Source: an uncultured delta proteobacterium
GTDB taxonomy: Bacteria; Desulfobacterota; RBG-13-43-22
Assembly: GCA_963802945.1 (NCBI GenBank)
Contig: CAWDKY010000053.1
Location: 64,001-128,000 of the forward strand
DNA: 64,000 nucleotides
Direction of reading: 5' to 3'
The position numbers and the translations under genes were made by a program. The notes under the pieces were generated by a model that saw nothing but the letters and a program-made list of their open reading frames with translations, had not been told where the DNA came from and did not search any database. Shown in pieces: positions 10,287 to 20,876 of the stretch. Numbering within the stretch: the stretch's first letter is position 1; each line of letters opens with the position of its first letter.

Positions 10287-11645
10287 ATGTCTGAAGAGTA
10301 TTTTAATTTCTCCAAAAAATTATTTGACCCCAAAGAGATCTCCGGGAAACCGGAAGCCCTAAAGGGAATCCGAGTGCTGGATTTGTCTCACATGATCTTC
10401 GGTCCCACGGCCGCCAAGTTTCTGGGGCAGTACGGTGCTGAAGTGATCAAGGTGGAAGTTCCCTATCTGGGGGATTACTGGCGCGGAGGCACTTACTGGG
10501 GAAAATACTGGAAACATTCCAATCCGCTCTGGCATTACTTCAACCAGAATAAATACTTTGTGGCCATCGATGTCAAAAAATCCAAAGGAAAAGAACTGAT
10601 CCTGAAACTGGCCGAGAGCGCCGACGTGGTGATTGAAAATTTTACCTCCGGCACGGTCGAGGCCTGGGGAATCGGCTATTCTCAGGTGAGTAAGCTCAAT
10701 CCGAAAGTCATCTATGCCTCTTTAAGCACCTACGGACAATACGGCCCCTTCCGATATTTTCCGGGCTGGGATTTGCTGGCCCAGGGGGCCAGCGGTATTC
10801 TGTCTATAACCGGTTATCCGGATACGGAAAAATATTTCAAAATCCCTGATTTTTTCGGAGATTTCTTCCCCGGCTTTTATGCAGCCATGCTGATTCTGAT
10901 GGCCCTTAATTTTCGGGAGAGGACCGGAGAAGGCCAGTATATCGACGGCTGTCAGGCAGAAATTCTAATGAGATCCTTGTTTCATTTCACTCATTATGGG
11001 GCCACCGGGGAAGAACTGGGGCGCACCGGCAACATGGACCCGACTATGGCCCCATCCGGGATCTTTAAAACCCAGGATGGTAAATTCGTCGCTCTGGCTG
11101 TGGCCACGGACAAACAATTTCAGGCCCTCTGCCGTGTACTTGGCCGGGAAGATTTAGCCAAAGACAAAAGATTCAAAAAGGCCTTTGACCGGCTCCAACC
11201 TGAAAATGCCCGGGAAATAGACCAGGTAGTTGAAGGATGGGTCCGTTCACAAGAGGCTTCGACCTTGATCGCCCTGGCCGGAAAACACCGCCTGGCTATA
11301 GTTGAAGTGATGGATGATGTGCAGATTGCCAATGATCCCTGGCGCCGCGAACGAGGAAGCGTTTTTCCGTTCCATGATGAAATGTATAAAGAACTGGTAC
11401 TGGAAGGGCCCATTGCCATGCTCAGTAAAACCCCGGGCAGGACGAAATGGCTCACCCGGCCGTTGGGTTATCATAATCGCTATGTCCTAAAGAAATTTCT
11501 GGGCCTGACCGAAGCCCGAATCAAGGAATTGGAAAAAGAAAGGGTCGTGGGCTACTGGGATTTCCGGGTCGGCCAGAGACCTCCTATTTACCATAAGTTG
11601 GATAAGGATCCCATATTTAATTACCAAGGGGGTGAGGACCATTAA
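10287..11645 (+). CDS. Class III (CaiB/BaiF) CoA-transferase, subunit 1
   Basis: ALKGIRVLDLS, GAEVIKVE, ADVVIENF, YGQYGP..PGWDLLAQG (catalytic Asp position kept). Confidence 0.93.
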   Translation: MSEEYFNFSKKLFDPKEISGKPEALKGIRVLDLSHMIFGPTAAKFLGQYGAEVIKVEVPYLGDYWRGGTYWGKYWKHSNPLWHYFNQNKYFVAIDVKKSKGKELILKLAESADVVIENFTSGTVEAWGIGYSQVSKLNPKVIYASLSTYGQYGPFRYFPGWDLLAQGASGILSITGYPDTEKYFKIPDFFGDFFPGFYAAMLILMALNFRERTGEGQYIDGCQAEILMRSLFHFTHYGATGEELGRTGNMDPTMAPSGIFKTQDGKFVALAVATDKQFQALCRVLGREDLAKDKRFKKAFDRLQPENAREIDQVVEGWVRSQEASTLIALAGKHRLAIVEVMDDVQIANDPWRRERGSVFPFHDEMYKELVLEGPIAMLSKTPGRTKWLTRPLGYHNRYVLKKFLGLTEARIKELEKERVVGYWDFRVGQRPPIYHKLDKDPIFNYQGGEDH

Positions 11646-12995
11646 AGAGCGGGTTTATTCAAGATATTTACAGAAAAAGGGGGCTTCCCAGAAGTTGTCT
11701 GAATGGAGCGGGATTTCTTTCCAAGATAATGACCACGGAAGGAAAGGCCGAAGCCCTGGATGATATGATGGTCCTGGATCTGAGCTATGCCAACTTCTCC
11801 GGGAATATCACCTCCAGCTTTTTTGCCGAGGCCGGAGCCGAGGTTATTAAGGTGGAACCCCCGGAAGGTGATCCGTCCAGGGTCATGAGTCCTTTCGGGA
11901 CCAACATAAAAGGAGTGGGGATTCCTTTTTTGATGGAAAGCAGGAACAAACGACTCATCACCCTGGATATCGGCGATCTAGGAGACCTTGAAAACCTGAA
12001 GACGTTTGGCATCTCAGGCCCATGTGCTGATTGAAACCTTTGCCCCCGGTGAAATGGATGCCTGGGGAATCGGTTACCGCCAGTTAAGGGAGTTGAATCC
12101 CGGCTTGATCTATATCTCCATTACGCCTTATGGGCATTATTCGTCCAAGGCCGAAGCCTTTTCCGGCCAGCCCTGGACCGACTTGACCAGCCAGGCCGAA
12201 TCAGGACTTACCGCCCTGATCGGCGATCTTCCGGATACCCCGGAGCCTTATAACTGGCCGACCAGGGCCGGATTTTATGCTGCCGGGTATACCACGGCCG
12301 TGGCCGCGGCCTGTGGAGGCTTGACGGCTGCCTTTTTCAGACGCCGCACCGGAGAAGGCCAAATGGTCGATATCGCCTCGGCCGACGCCTATACCTCCTG
12401 TGTTGGCTTTCCTCCCACCATCGGTTATGTCTGGAAGAAACCCCGTCTCCGTTATGGAACCCTCGATTACGGTCTGTGCCCTTATGGCTTTTTCAAGTGC
12501 AAAGACGGTTACGTGGCTATCGCCTGTTTCCGGGATCAGGACTTCCGGGCGGCTATGAAAATCCTAGGTACCTGGAAATTGGAAGAGGACTGGAAATCCC
12601 TCCTGGACCGCATCACCGACGATATTGACAAGGTGAAAGAATTAAATGAGGCAGTGGAAAAGGCCGTAGCCAGATATTCCTATAAAGAGATTTCCGAAAA
12701 ATTTTCCAAATACAGCGTCAAGTCCGCCCGCTCCAAATGGAGAGGAGGTGGTCTCCCGGTGACGACCAAGATGCTGACCCCCAAAGAAGTTATGGAACAG
12801 GAACATTGGCAGATCCGCGGCTCTTTTTCCAAATGGAATCATCCTGATTTTGGAATCGTTACCTTGCCCATCACCGGAAAGATGTCCAAAACGCCTTTAA
12901 GGGTGAAATGGATCTCAGCCAACCTCGGAGAGGATAATGATTTTATTTTTAAAAAATACGGATTGAACCCCAGAGAGACAAAAGAAGAAATTTAA
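11632..12995 (+). CDS. Class III CoA-transferase, subunit 2 (frameshifted; start uncertain)
   Basis: ORFs 11729-12034 (ALDDMMVLDLS, GAEVIKVEPPEGD, ESRNKR) and 12006-12995 (VLIETFAPG, LNPGLIY, TGEGQMVDI, PYGFFKCKDG) join into one CaiB-family protein. Confidence 0.85.
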
Positions 12996-13284
12996 CCTTC
13001 TATCGTTAAAGCCAAAAATATATGTGCACTCGAAGTCAAATTTATTTTTTTGCCATTTGCTGCTTGAATTTTTTATCAATCAGATTCCCTATCATAACTT
13101 TCATTCATCTTGTATGAATCACAAAAAGTGTTTCATAAAGTCAGGGCAATTGAAGCCATTTATGGCCTATATTTATATTGACATTGGAGTTTCTTAATTA
13201 TAAAAATTAGCCTCAGATTATTATGGCGGGACTCAAAAATTATTTAGCAAAAATGTTTTAACCCTTTAAAAGAAGAAAGAAATT

Positions 13285-14964
13285 ATGAATTCAGTCATTG
13301 TCCTTGTTTTGGGTTTTATCGTTGCCTTTATCGGTTATCGCTTTTATGCACGGTATATAGATACCAAGGTCATTAAATCCGACCCCAAAAGAGCAACCCC
13401 GGCCAAGATGTACATGGACGGGGTTGAATTCATGCCCACCAGTAAAAACATCCTCTTCGGCTATCAGTTCAAATCCATCGCCGGTGCGGCCCCCATTATC
13501 GGACCGATCATCGCCATCCAGTGGGGCTGGCTTCCGGCCTTGATCTGGATCCTGGGCGGGGCCTTGTTCATCGGCTGGGTTCAGGACTACTCCAGCTCGG
13601 TGATGGCCATGAGAAATGAAGGGGCTTCTTTCGGGGGTTTAAGCCATAAGCTGATTTCACCGCGGGCCCGGATTATTCTTCTCTCGTTTATCTATTTTTA
13701 TCTTCTCCTTATTGCCGGGGCTTTCGGAAGCACTGTGGTGAGCACTGCGATCGGCTTGAAAGCAGCCCCAATGGCCTGGCTATTTTTAACCATCAGCGGG
13801 ATATTGGCCGGCCAGATGATCTACCGCTGGAAAAAAGACATTATCCTGACCACGGTAGTCACGGTAGTTATTGCCCTGATCGGTATTTGGGTCGGAACAC
13901 AGGCCCCTTCCGACAAGATACTGGGTGTTGACCTTTCCAACAGCAGGGTCTTATGGGCCATTGCCGCCTTCGTCTTTTGTTATTTCGCGGCGGTACTGCC
14001 TATCTGGCGGTTTGCCCTTCCCATCAATTATGTGGCCTCTTATATCGTATTCCTTGGACTCTTTTTAGGCATTATCGGTATTTTTATCGTTCATCCCAAT
14101 TTTACCCTTCCGGCCTATACCGGTTTTTTCATCAAGATTGGCCCGTTGTGGCCCATCATGTTTGTCACCATTGCCTGCGGCGCTATCTCCGGCTGGCATA
14201 GCATTGTATCGAGTTCCGGTACAGCCAGGCAATTGGAAAGTGAGATGGATGCCCGACCTGTCGGTGCCGGAGTTATGTTTGTTGAAATGATGCTGGCCTT
14301 ATTCGCCTTGATTATCGCCGGAACTATTTATGCCTCGGCCGGTGAATATGGGGCCGCTATCGTCAAGGGGCCGGGGCCATTTTTGCCGGGGGGGTGGCTA
14401 AGTTCCTCGGTGCCCTTGGACTTCCTGAAGGTTTAGGTAAATCCTACGGCAGCGTTATGATGATCTTTTTGGCCATCACCATTATGCAATTGGTCATCCG
14501 CTTCATGAGGGTCGCTACTTCGGAATTGCTAAGAGATATCAGCCCGGTATTTAGAAATGCCCATGTGGGTACTTTTATAGCCAGCCTCCTCGGCATAGTC
14601 ATCGTGTTGACCGGGTGGTGGCAGTATCTCTGGGTTCTTTTTGGAGGGGCTAATCAGCTCATGGCCTCGTTGGCCCTGTTGTTGATAACGGCCTGGCTCA
14701 TGTCCGAAGGCAAACCGGCCAAGTGGACCTTCTACCCGATGATCTTTATGTTTATAACCACCATTGCCGCTCTGCTCTATACCTCTTATGACCTGCTGTA
14801 CAAAGTTTTTTCAGGTGCGGTCAAAGGAGGGGACCTGATAGGAAACACCCTAATGGGACTGGTCGGGATTATTCCTGGTCATTGCCGCCATTCTCTTGGC
14901 TGTGGATGGTGTCAAGGCCCTTAATCGATACCGGTCGTTGAAGGCTCAGCCGGCACAGGCATAA
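13285..14964 (+). CDS. Carbon starvation protein A (CstA)-family transporter (two frameshifts)
   Basis: TPAKMYMDGVEFMPT, FKSIAGAAPIIGPI, WGWLPALIWI..G..FIG.VQD, LWPIMFVTIACGAISGWHS..SSGT, LWVLFGGANQL. The C-terminus continues to TAA at 14964. Confidence 0.9.
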
Positions 14965-15137
14965 AATTTTTAGTACCCGAAAAGGGGTCGAGGATTCCAG
15001 GGTTTTAACTTCCAAGCCTTTCACTCCGCCCTGCGGTCTTCGACCCCTTGAAGCCTTGAACCCTTACATTTTTAGGTCTTAGAGTGTCTTATCAAGTCAT
15101 AAGGATTTAATTTGAAAAGAAGGAAGGTATAAGTATC

Positions 15138-15407
15138 ATGGGAGACGACGAAAAAAAAAGCGGTTTTTTCCAGGCCATTAAAGAATTTGTCTATGGAGTG
15201 GCGGCCCACGACTCGGCCCGGTTTGCTCTTAAGTCACGGGCCAGCATGGAACACCTCTTTATCCTCATTACCATGGGTGATATGCTGGGTGTTCCCATTC
15301 TGCCACCCTACTACTCTTTAAGGCTGCTGCCTTATGTGGTTCCTCAGATCTCCACCTGGAAACGGAGAATGTTGAGGGAAAAGGATTTGACCGACGCTTT
15401 GGCTTAA
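15138..15407 (+). CDS. Small CstA/ArsA-associated protein (resembles the cory-CC-star family)
   Basis: 89 aa with EHLFILITMGDMLGVPILPPYYSLRLLPY..W.RR; good RBS; lies between the cstA-like and ArsA-like genes. Confidence 0.75.
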   Translation: MGDDEKKSGFFQAIKEFVYGVAAHDSARFALKSRASMEHLFILITMGDMLGVPILPPYYSLRLLPYVVPQISTWKRRMLREKDLTDALA

Positions 15408-15515
15408 TTCAAGTTCGGAGTGGGGAGTTCGGAGTATAGAGTAAAAAAACGATGATTGGTATTCCGGACTGACCACTCTGAACCCCAAACTAATTACTCT
15501 AAACTAAAAAGGGGG

Positions 15516-16494
15516 GTGGGTCCCATTTCGTTAGCTAAGATATTTGAACAATATCCGGACAGACGGTATATCATGTTCGGTGGGAAAGGCGGCCTCGGTA
15601 AAACCACCTTTTCTGCGGCCACCGCTTATTATTTGGCCAAGCAAGGCAAACGCGTCCTGGTTTTTTCCGTAGACCCGCAGGCTTCCTTAAGCGATATCTT
15701 CAAAAAAGATATTTTTGGAAAGGGTCCTACGGAGATCATGCCCAATCTTTACGCCCAGGAGATCGATGCCGACCGCCGGGTAAAGGAGTATCAACAGGAA
15801 ATCAGGCAAAAGATACTCGACCGCTACGGAATGGACAAGATCCCGGAAGAGATCGAAAGTTACATCCAGGCCGCCGCAGCGGAACCGGCTATGGAAGAAA
15901 GCGCCATCTTCGATGAGGTTGTGGATATCGTGGTCAAAGGAGGCTTACGACTATTACATCTATGACCTGGTGCCCTTGGGGCATGCCCTGTACTATCTGA
16001 GCATGGCTTCCGTTTATGATGAATGGATAGACAAGATTACCAATCTCCGACAACAGATGCGGGAATATGACCAGGTGGCTGCCGTCATGCGTCGTGATAA
16101 AGAGCTCGACGAAGACGCTATTCTAAATGAGCTGCTGTATATCAAAGACCGGATCAACAAATCTTCGGCCATACTGACCGACAAAGAAAAGACGGCCTTC
16201 TTTTTCGTGGTCACGGCCGAGGAGATGGTGATTGACGACACCCTTAAGGCGGCCGGCCTTTTTGCCAAGTTCGATGTCCCCTTAAGCGGTTATATCGTCA
16301 ACCGCGTTTTACCGGAAGATTTGAAACATCAGCAGATCCCCGAGTACCTTAAAAATCGTCTGGTCATGCAGGAACACTATCTAAAGGTCATTGACAACAC
16401 CTTTAAAAATCAAATCCTGGCCTATGTTCCGGAAATGGAACGGGATGTGACCGGCCTGGAGATGATTGAAAAATTGGCCGAACGGATGTTTTAA
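15516..16494 (+). CDS. ArsA/Get3-family ATPase 1 (one frameshift near 15940; start uncertain)
   Basis: FGGKGGLGKTT, SVDPQASLSD, LYAQEID, PAMEE, YDYYIYDLVPLGH, YIVNRV. Confidence 0.9.
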
Positions 16495-16542
16495 AAGGCC
16501 CCTCAGCAGAGAATTATCAAGATGCGGAAAAACTCTATTTTT

Positions 16543-16698
16543 ACAGGTTGCTCAAAAAGGTCCAGATACAAGGCGCCCGAAACCGGGACCCGCCCCGAAG
16601 GGGTGGGACTGAGCGTTACCTTTTACGCGAAGAAATTCCGAGGGAAAAAGGGCAATCCCGCCATTGGCGGGATTGATGGGCTTTTTTCAGCAACCTGT
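16543..16698. mobile_element. MITE-like element with about 22-bp imperfect terminal inverted repeats
   Basis: acaggttgctcaaaaaggtcca at the left; the reverse complement of the right end is acaggttgctgaaaaaagccca. Internal hairpin caatcccgccattggcgggattg. Confidence 0.65.
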
Positions 16699-16711
16699 TA
16701 GGAGCCTCAGT

Positions 16712-17692
16712 ATGGATCGAATAACTCAGAGCATGACTCAATATATGAAAGACCATCCTCAAATGAAGTATATCTTCTTTGGTGGCAAGGGAGGCGTGGG
16801 AAAAACGGTTATGGCCGGGGCCGCTGCCCTCTGGTCAGCCAAGCAGGGGAAAAAGACCTTGCTGACTTCCACCAATCCTGTTCACAGTCTTTCCAATCTC
16901 TTCGAACAGGATGTCTTTGGAAAAGAGGTCAGTGTGTGCGATGAAAAGCTTTGCTATGCCTTTGAAATCGACACACACGATACCATTGAGCGGTCAAAAA
17001 ATGAGATCCGGGAGAAGATCAATTGGTTTTTGAAATTCGCCGACCTTACCACCAAGGCGGATGATTTTGTGGAATCAGCCACCATGAACCCGGCCTTTGA
17101 AGAGTCGGCCATGTTTGAAAACATGACTGACCTGATGTTCAAAGACGAATATGATTTTTATGTTTTCGATACCGCCCCCACGGCCAACGCCAGGCGTCTT
17201 CTCGGTATGTCCAAGGTCTATTCCCTCTGGGTTGAGAAGATGCTGAAAAGCAGGGATGAGGCCAAAACGCTCAGAGAAGCCCTTTCCTTTTCCAAAAAAA
17301 AAGAGCAAGACCCTTTAATGGATTACCTCTTAAAATTTAAAGACCGTATGGCCAAGGCCCAGAGTCTCTTGACCGATAACCGTCTCACGGCCTTCTTTTT
17401 TGCCACCCTGCCCGAGGCCCTTCCCATCGCTGTGATTACCCGGTTCATCAATTGGTTTTATGAGTTCGGCATACCCGTCGGTGGTGTGGTGGTCAACGGT
17501 ATCATCCAGAAGGATCAAGTGGGAAAAGATGCCGCAGAATTCGTCCATAACCGGGTTAAGATGCAGGATGAGCATATGGAAGAAATCTGGAATATCTTCG
17601 GCGACAAGGTCAGGGCCACCATACCCCTCTTTGAGACCGAAGTCAGAGGGACGCCGATGCTCAACCGGATGATCGAACACCTGTTTGTCTAA
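16712..17692 (+). CDS. ArsA/Get3-family ATPase 2
   Basis: FGGKGGVGKT, STNPVHSLSN, PAFEE, YVFDTAPTAN, LPEALP, VVVNG; AGGAG RBS. Confidence 0.93.
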   Translation: MDRITQSMTQYMKDHPQMKYIFFGGKGGVGKTVMAGAAALWSAKQGKKTLLTSTNPVHSLSNLFEQDVFGKEVSVCDEKLCYAFEIDTHDTIERSKNEIREKINWFLKFADLTTKADDFVESATMNPAFEESAMFENMTDLMFKDEYDFYVFDTAPTANARRLLGMSKVYSLWVEKMLKSRDEAKTLREALSFSKKKEQDPLMDYLLKFKDRMAKAQSLLTDNRLTAFFFATLPEALPIAVITRFINWFYEFGIPVGGVVVNGIIQKDQVGKDAAEFVHNRVKMQDEHMEEIWNIFGDKVRATIPLFETEVRGTPMLNRMIEHLFV

Positions 17693-17767
17693 GGTTATCG
17701 GATAGAAGTGACCTAAGCCAAAGTCAAGGTTAAAGAACTTCCTCCCATTCCTGTTGAACTTTTTTTC

Positions 17768-17817
17768 TTGACAACAAAATTTTAAAAGTTATACTTTTAT
17801 TAAAAAGGATAACTTTT
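17768..17817 (+). promoter_or_regulatory. sigma70 promoter with palindromic operator for the TA operon
   Basis: TTGACA-N16-TATACT; AAAAGTTAT (17784) and ATAACTTTT (17809) form an inverted repeat overlapping the -10 box and RBS. Confidence 0.65.
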
Positions 17818-18069
17818 ATGTCTTTTGCCCAAATTTCTTCCAAAGGTCAAATTCTGATTCCCAAAAGAATCCGAAAAAAATACGGGGTTAAGCTTGGCGG
17901 AAAGGTCCATATTCTGGAACAAGCCGAAGGGATTCTTATCAAACCGGCTCCCGAGGATCCTCTGGAGGCGGCCTGCGGCTTTCTCAAGGGAGATTTTTCC
18001 CTGACCAGTGATCTGCTGAAAGAGCATTCCAAAGAACAAAGAAATGAAACCGCCCGTCGTTCTCGATAG
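17818..18069 (+). CDS. AbrB/MazE-fold antitoxin (VapB type)
   Basis: ISSKGQILIPKRIRKKYGV..GGKV; overlaps the PIN toxin gene. Confidence 0.9.
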   Translation: MSFAQISSKGQILIPKRIRKKYGVKLGGKVHILEQAEGILIKPAPEDPLEAACGFLKGDFSLTSDLLKEHSKEQRNETARRSR

Positions 18070-18460
18070 TTTTGCCCTCATAAGCTTCTTTCATCAAGAG
18101 CCCGGATGGAAAGCGGTCCGTTCCGTCTTTAAGGAGTTGGCCAAGGCAGGTGAAAAGGCCGCTCTTTCCCGGATCAATTGGGGCGAATTCTACTACATCG
18201 TTAAGCGGCGGGTCGGCCGGGAAAAAACCCTGGAGGCCCTGGCCCTCATTGAACAGCTCCCCATAGACATCCTGCCGGTGGACGATCTGCTGATCAGCGA
18301 GGCGGCGGAAATCAAATCCGATTATCCCGTCGCCTATGCCGATGCCTTCTGTGTAGCCACGGCCCAACGGCTGAACGGCCGCATACTCACCAGCGATCCT
18401 GAATTTAAGGCCGTGGAAAAATTGGTTCCCGTTCAGTGGCTGACACCCCGTAAAAGATAA
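18044..18460 (+). CDS. vapC: VapC-family PIN-domain toxin
   Basis: VVLDSFALI, INWGEFYY, AYADAFCVATA, ILTSDPEF. Confidence 0.92.
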   Translation: MKPPVVLDSFALISFFHQEPGWKAVRSVFKELAKAGEKAALSRINWGEFYYIVKRRVGREKTLEALALIEQLPIDILPVDDLLISEAAEIKSDYPVAYADAFCVATAQRLNGRILTSDPEFKAVEKLVPVQWLTPRKR

Positions 18461-18595
18461 TCAAAAACAATTTCAACCCCTCCTCAATTTTACATCTTAA
18501 GGCTTTTCCCCTTTTAAATTGACAGTAACTGCTTGTTATGGTTTATATTATCTATTCTAATTTTAGTTTTCTCAAGGCCGGCAAACATCAACCGT

Positions 18596-18670
18596 AAGGC
18601 TGGTCCATGAAGCAATCCGATAAGACCCCATTTTTTGAAAAAGAAGATGGGGTTTTTGTTTTGAGGTGGG
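18596..18670 (+). repeat. Repeat family R1, copy 1 (hairpin-containing gene-leader repeat)
   Basis: aaggctggtccatgaagcaatccgataagaccccattttttgaaaaagaagatggggttttt; related to 19401 and 20877. Confidence 0.85.
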
Positions 18671-18716
18671 TGAAAGATATTATGTCAAAAATTGAGACCT
18701 GATAAGAGGTGCGATA

Positions 18717-19271
18717 ATGGAAGAAAAATCCGTAATTCCAATTGGCCGAATCGAAAATATGATCCTCTTTATTCGGAATCAAAAAGTAATTTTAGACAGC
18801 AACCTGGCTCAGCTCTATGGAGTTACAACCGGAAATTTAAATAAGGCGGTAAAACGCAATCTGGATCGATTTCCCAAGGATTTTATGTTCCAATTAACCC
18901 AGGAGGAATATAAATCTCTAAGATTCCAAATTGGAATCTTAGAGAAAGGGCGACATACGAAATATCTACCCTACGCCTTTACCGAGCAGGGTGTGGCTAT
19001 GCTTTCCGGTGTATTAAACAGCCCAAAGGCCGTACAGGTCAACATTGAGATAATGCGGGCTTTTGTCCGGTTAAGACAGATGCTTTTAACCCATACTGAA
19101 CTGGCCCGGAAACTCGAGACCCTGGAGAAAAAGTACGATGCTCAGTTTAAGGTAGTCTTTGATGCCCTGCGGGCTTTAATGTCCCCGCCTGTTAAGCCCA
19201 AGAGAAAGATCGGCTTCGATCTCAAGGAAAAGCAGGTCCGGTATGGCAAAAAGAGTCATTCGGGAAAATAG
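18717..19271 (+). CDS. ORF6N-domain DNA-binding protein
   Basis: [64 protein letters not shown]. Confidence 0.93.
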   Translation: MEEKSVIPIGRIENMILFIRNQKVILDSNLAQLYGVTTGNLNKAVKRNLDRFPKDFMFQLTQEEYKSLRFQIGILEKGRHTKYLPYAFTEQGVAMLSGVLNSPKAVQVNIEIMRAFVRLRQMLLTHTELARKLETLEKKYDAQFKVVFDALRALMSPPVKPKRKIGFDLKEKQVRYGKKSHSGK

Positions 19272-19400
19272 GAGTTGTTGACTTTAACGAATTGATATAT
19301 TCTAAATTATTCGTTCAAATGAAAGGCATAGGAGTTTAACCCCTTGAACCCTAGAATCCCCCTAAGCTCGTCGCAGGTCCTTGAATCCTGTTTTTCTGTT

Positions 19401-19545
19401 AAGTCTGGTCCATGAAGCAGTCCGACAAGACCCCATTTTTTGAAAAGGAGATGGGGTTTTTTATTGTGGGGTGTATGATAAAAGGGAGTAGAATGTTCGG
19501 GTCAAATCAAAAACAATCGGACAAATGGGGGAAAATAAGTTGTTT
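19401..19545 (+). repeat. Repeat family R1, copy 2
   Basis: ctggtccatgaagcagtcc..gaccccattttt..gagatggggttttt..tgataaaagggagtagaat..gacaaatgggggaaaataagttg. Confidence 0.85.
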
Positions 19546-19638
19546 CAAAACTACCGTCCCCTCCTGGAATCTTTCTTCTTTTAACTGGAACAAAAATATA
19601 CTTTACAATTAGACGGCTATCTGTAAAATATAATTATT

Positions 19639-20768
19639 ATGATAAGACGCCCTTTTTGGATTCATCGGATTGAAAAGGCTTGGGACAAGCGGTCTATCGT
19701 CTGGTTGTCAGGAGTCCGCCGGGTGGGAAAGACTACCTTGGCTAAAATGTTTCCAAAAGCTGTCTTTCAAAATTGTGATCTTCCTTCAGTTAATCGCAGA
19801 CTTGAAGATCCTGAATTGTTTTATGACGGTTTGGAACCGGGGACTATAGTCATCTTTGACGAAATCCATCGATTGAAAGACCCGAGCCTGTTGTTAAAAA
19901 TCGCCGCAGACGCCTATCCTCAATTTAGAATCCTGGCCACCGGATCTTCTACCTTGGCCGCCACCCAAAAATTCAGGGATAGTCTGGCCGGCAGAAAACA
20001 AATGATTTATCTTACACCCGTACTCTGGCGGGAATGTCTGGAAGAATTCGGCATCAAAAAATTAGACCACCGTCTTCTGATGGGAGGGCTTCCTGAACCC
20101 CTTTTGTCGATCAATAAAGACCCTCATTTTTTTCCGAATGGATGGACAGTTTTTATGCCCGAGATATTCAAGAGTTGTTCGGCATCCGCAATCGATCCGG
20201 TTTTATGAGTTTGTTGCAGTTGGTGATGAGGCAGAGCGGCAGTCTGATCGATTATTCGAATCTGGCCAAATTGAGCGATCTTAGCCGACCTACGGTCAAA
20301 TCCCATATCGAAGCCATGAGTATTGCCCATGCCTTGTTTTTACTCCCCCCCTTTCATGGAGGGGGCAGGCGGGAAATCATCCGGAGACCTAAGGGCTATA
20401 CTTTTGATACCGGCTTTGTTGTTTTTATAAAGGGATGGGACAGTATTCGGGAGGAAGACCGGGGATTTTTATGGAAGCATCTTGTCCTTGATGAACTGCG
20501 GACCATTTTCGACGACCGCAATCTCTATTTTTGGAGGGATAAATCCGGCCGGGAAGTGGATTTTGTGATAAAGGGTTCCGGGCAGCGGGTTGACGCCATT
20601 GAATGCAAAATTAACCCGGATAAATTTAGCCCGGATGATTTGGCTGTTTTCCGGTCAATATATTCTGAAGGCAGGAATTGGGTCCTATCCCCGGCGATAA
20701 AAACTGGTTATCAAAGACGATACGGGAAAATGCTGGTCCAATTCTCTTCATTGATGGATTCACATTAA
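19639..20768 (+). CDS. AAA_14 ATPase with DUF4143 / PD-(D/E)xK-like C-terminus (frameshift near 20130)
   Basis: GVRRVGKTT, IFDEIH, ATGSS, SLAGR, GGLPE; then RDIQELF, FDTG, FWRDKSGREVDFV..AIECK. Confidence 0.88.
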
Positions 20769-20876
20769 TTGATTATCAGTTTTAAAGATGAAGCTAATAG
20801 GCATCAGCTTACAGCATTCAGCCTAAATCTTATAAGTTTTTCCCTGAACGCTGATCGCTGACAGCTCATAAAATGA

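Noticed and set aside
15516-17692. Arsenic-resistance operon
   Set aside because: No arsB/acr3/arsC/arsR/arsD, single-domain ATPases without the ArsA metalloid-binding Cys arrangement, and the context is CstA.
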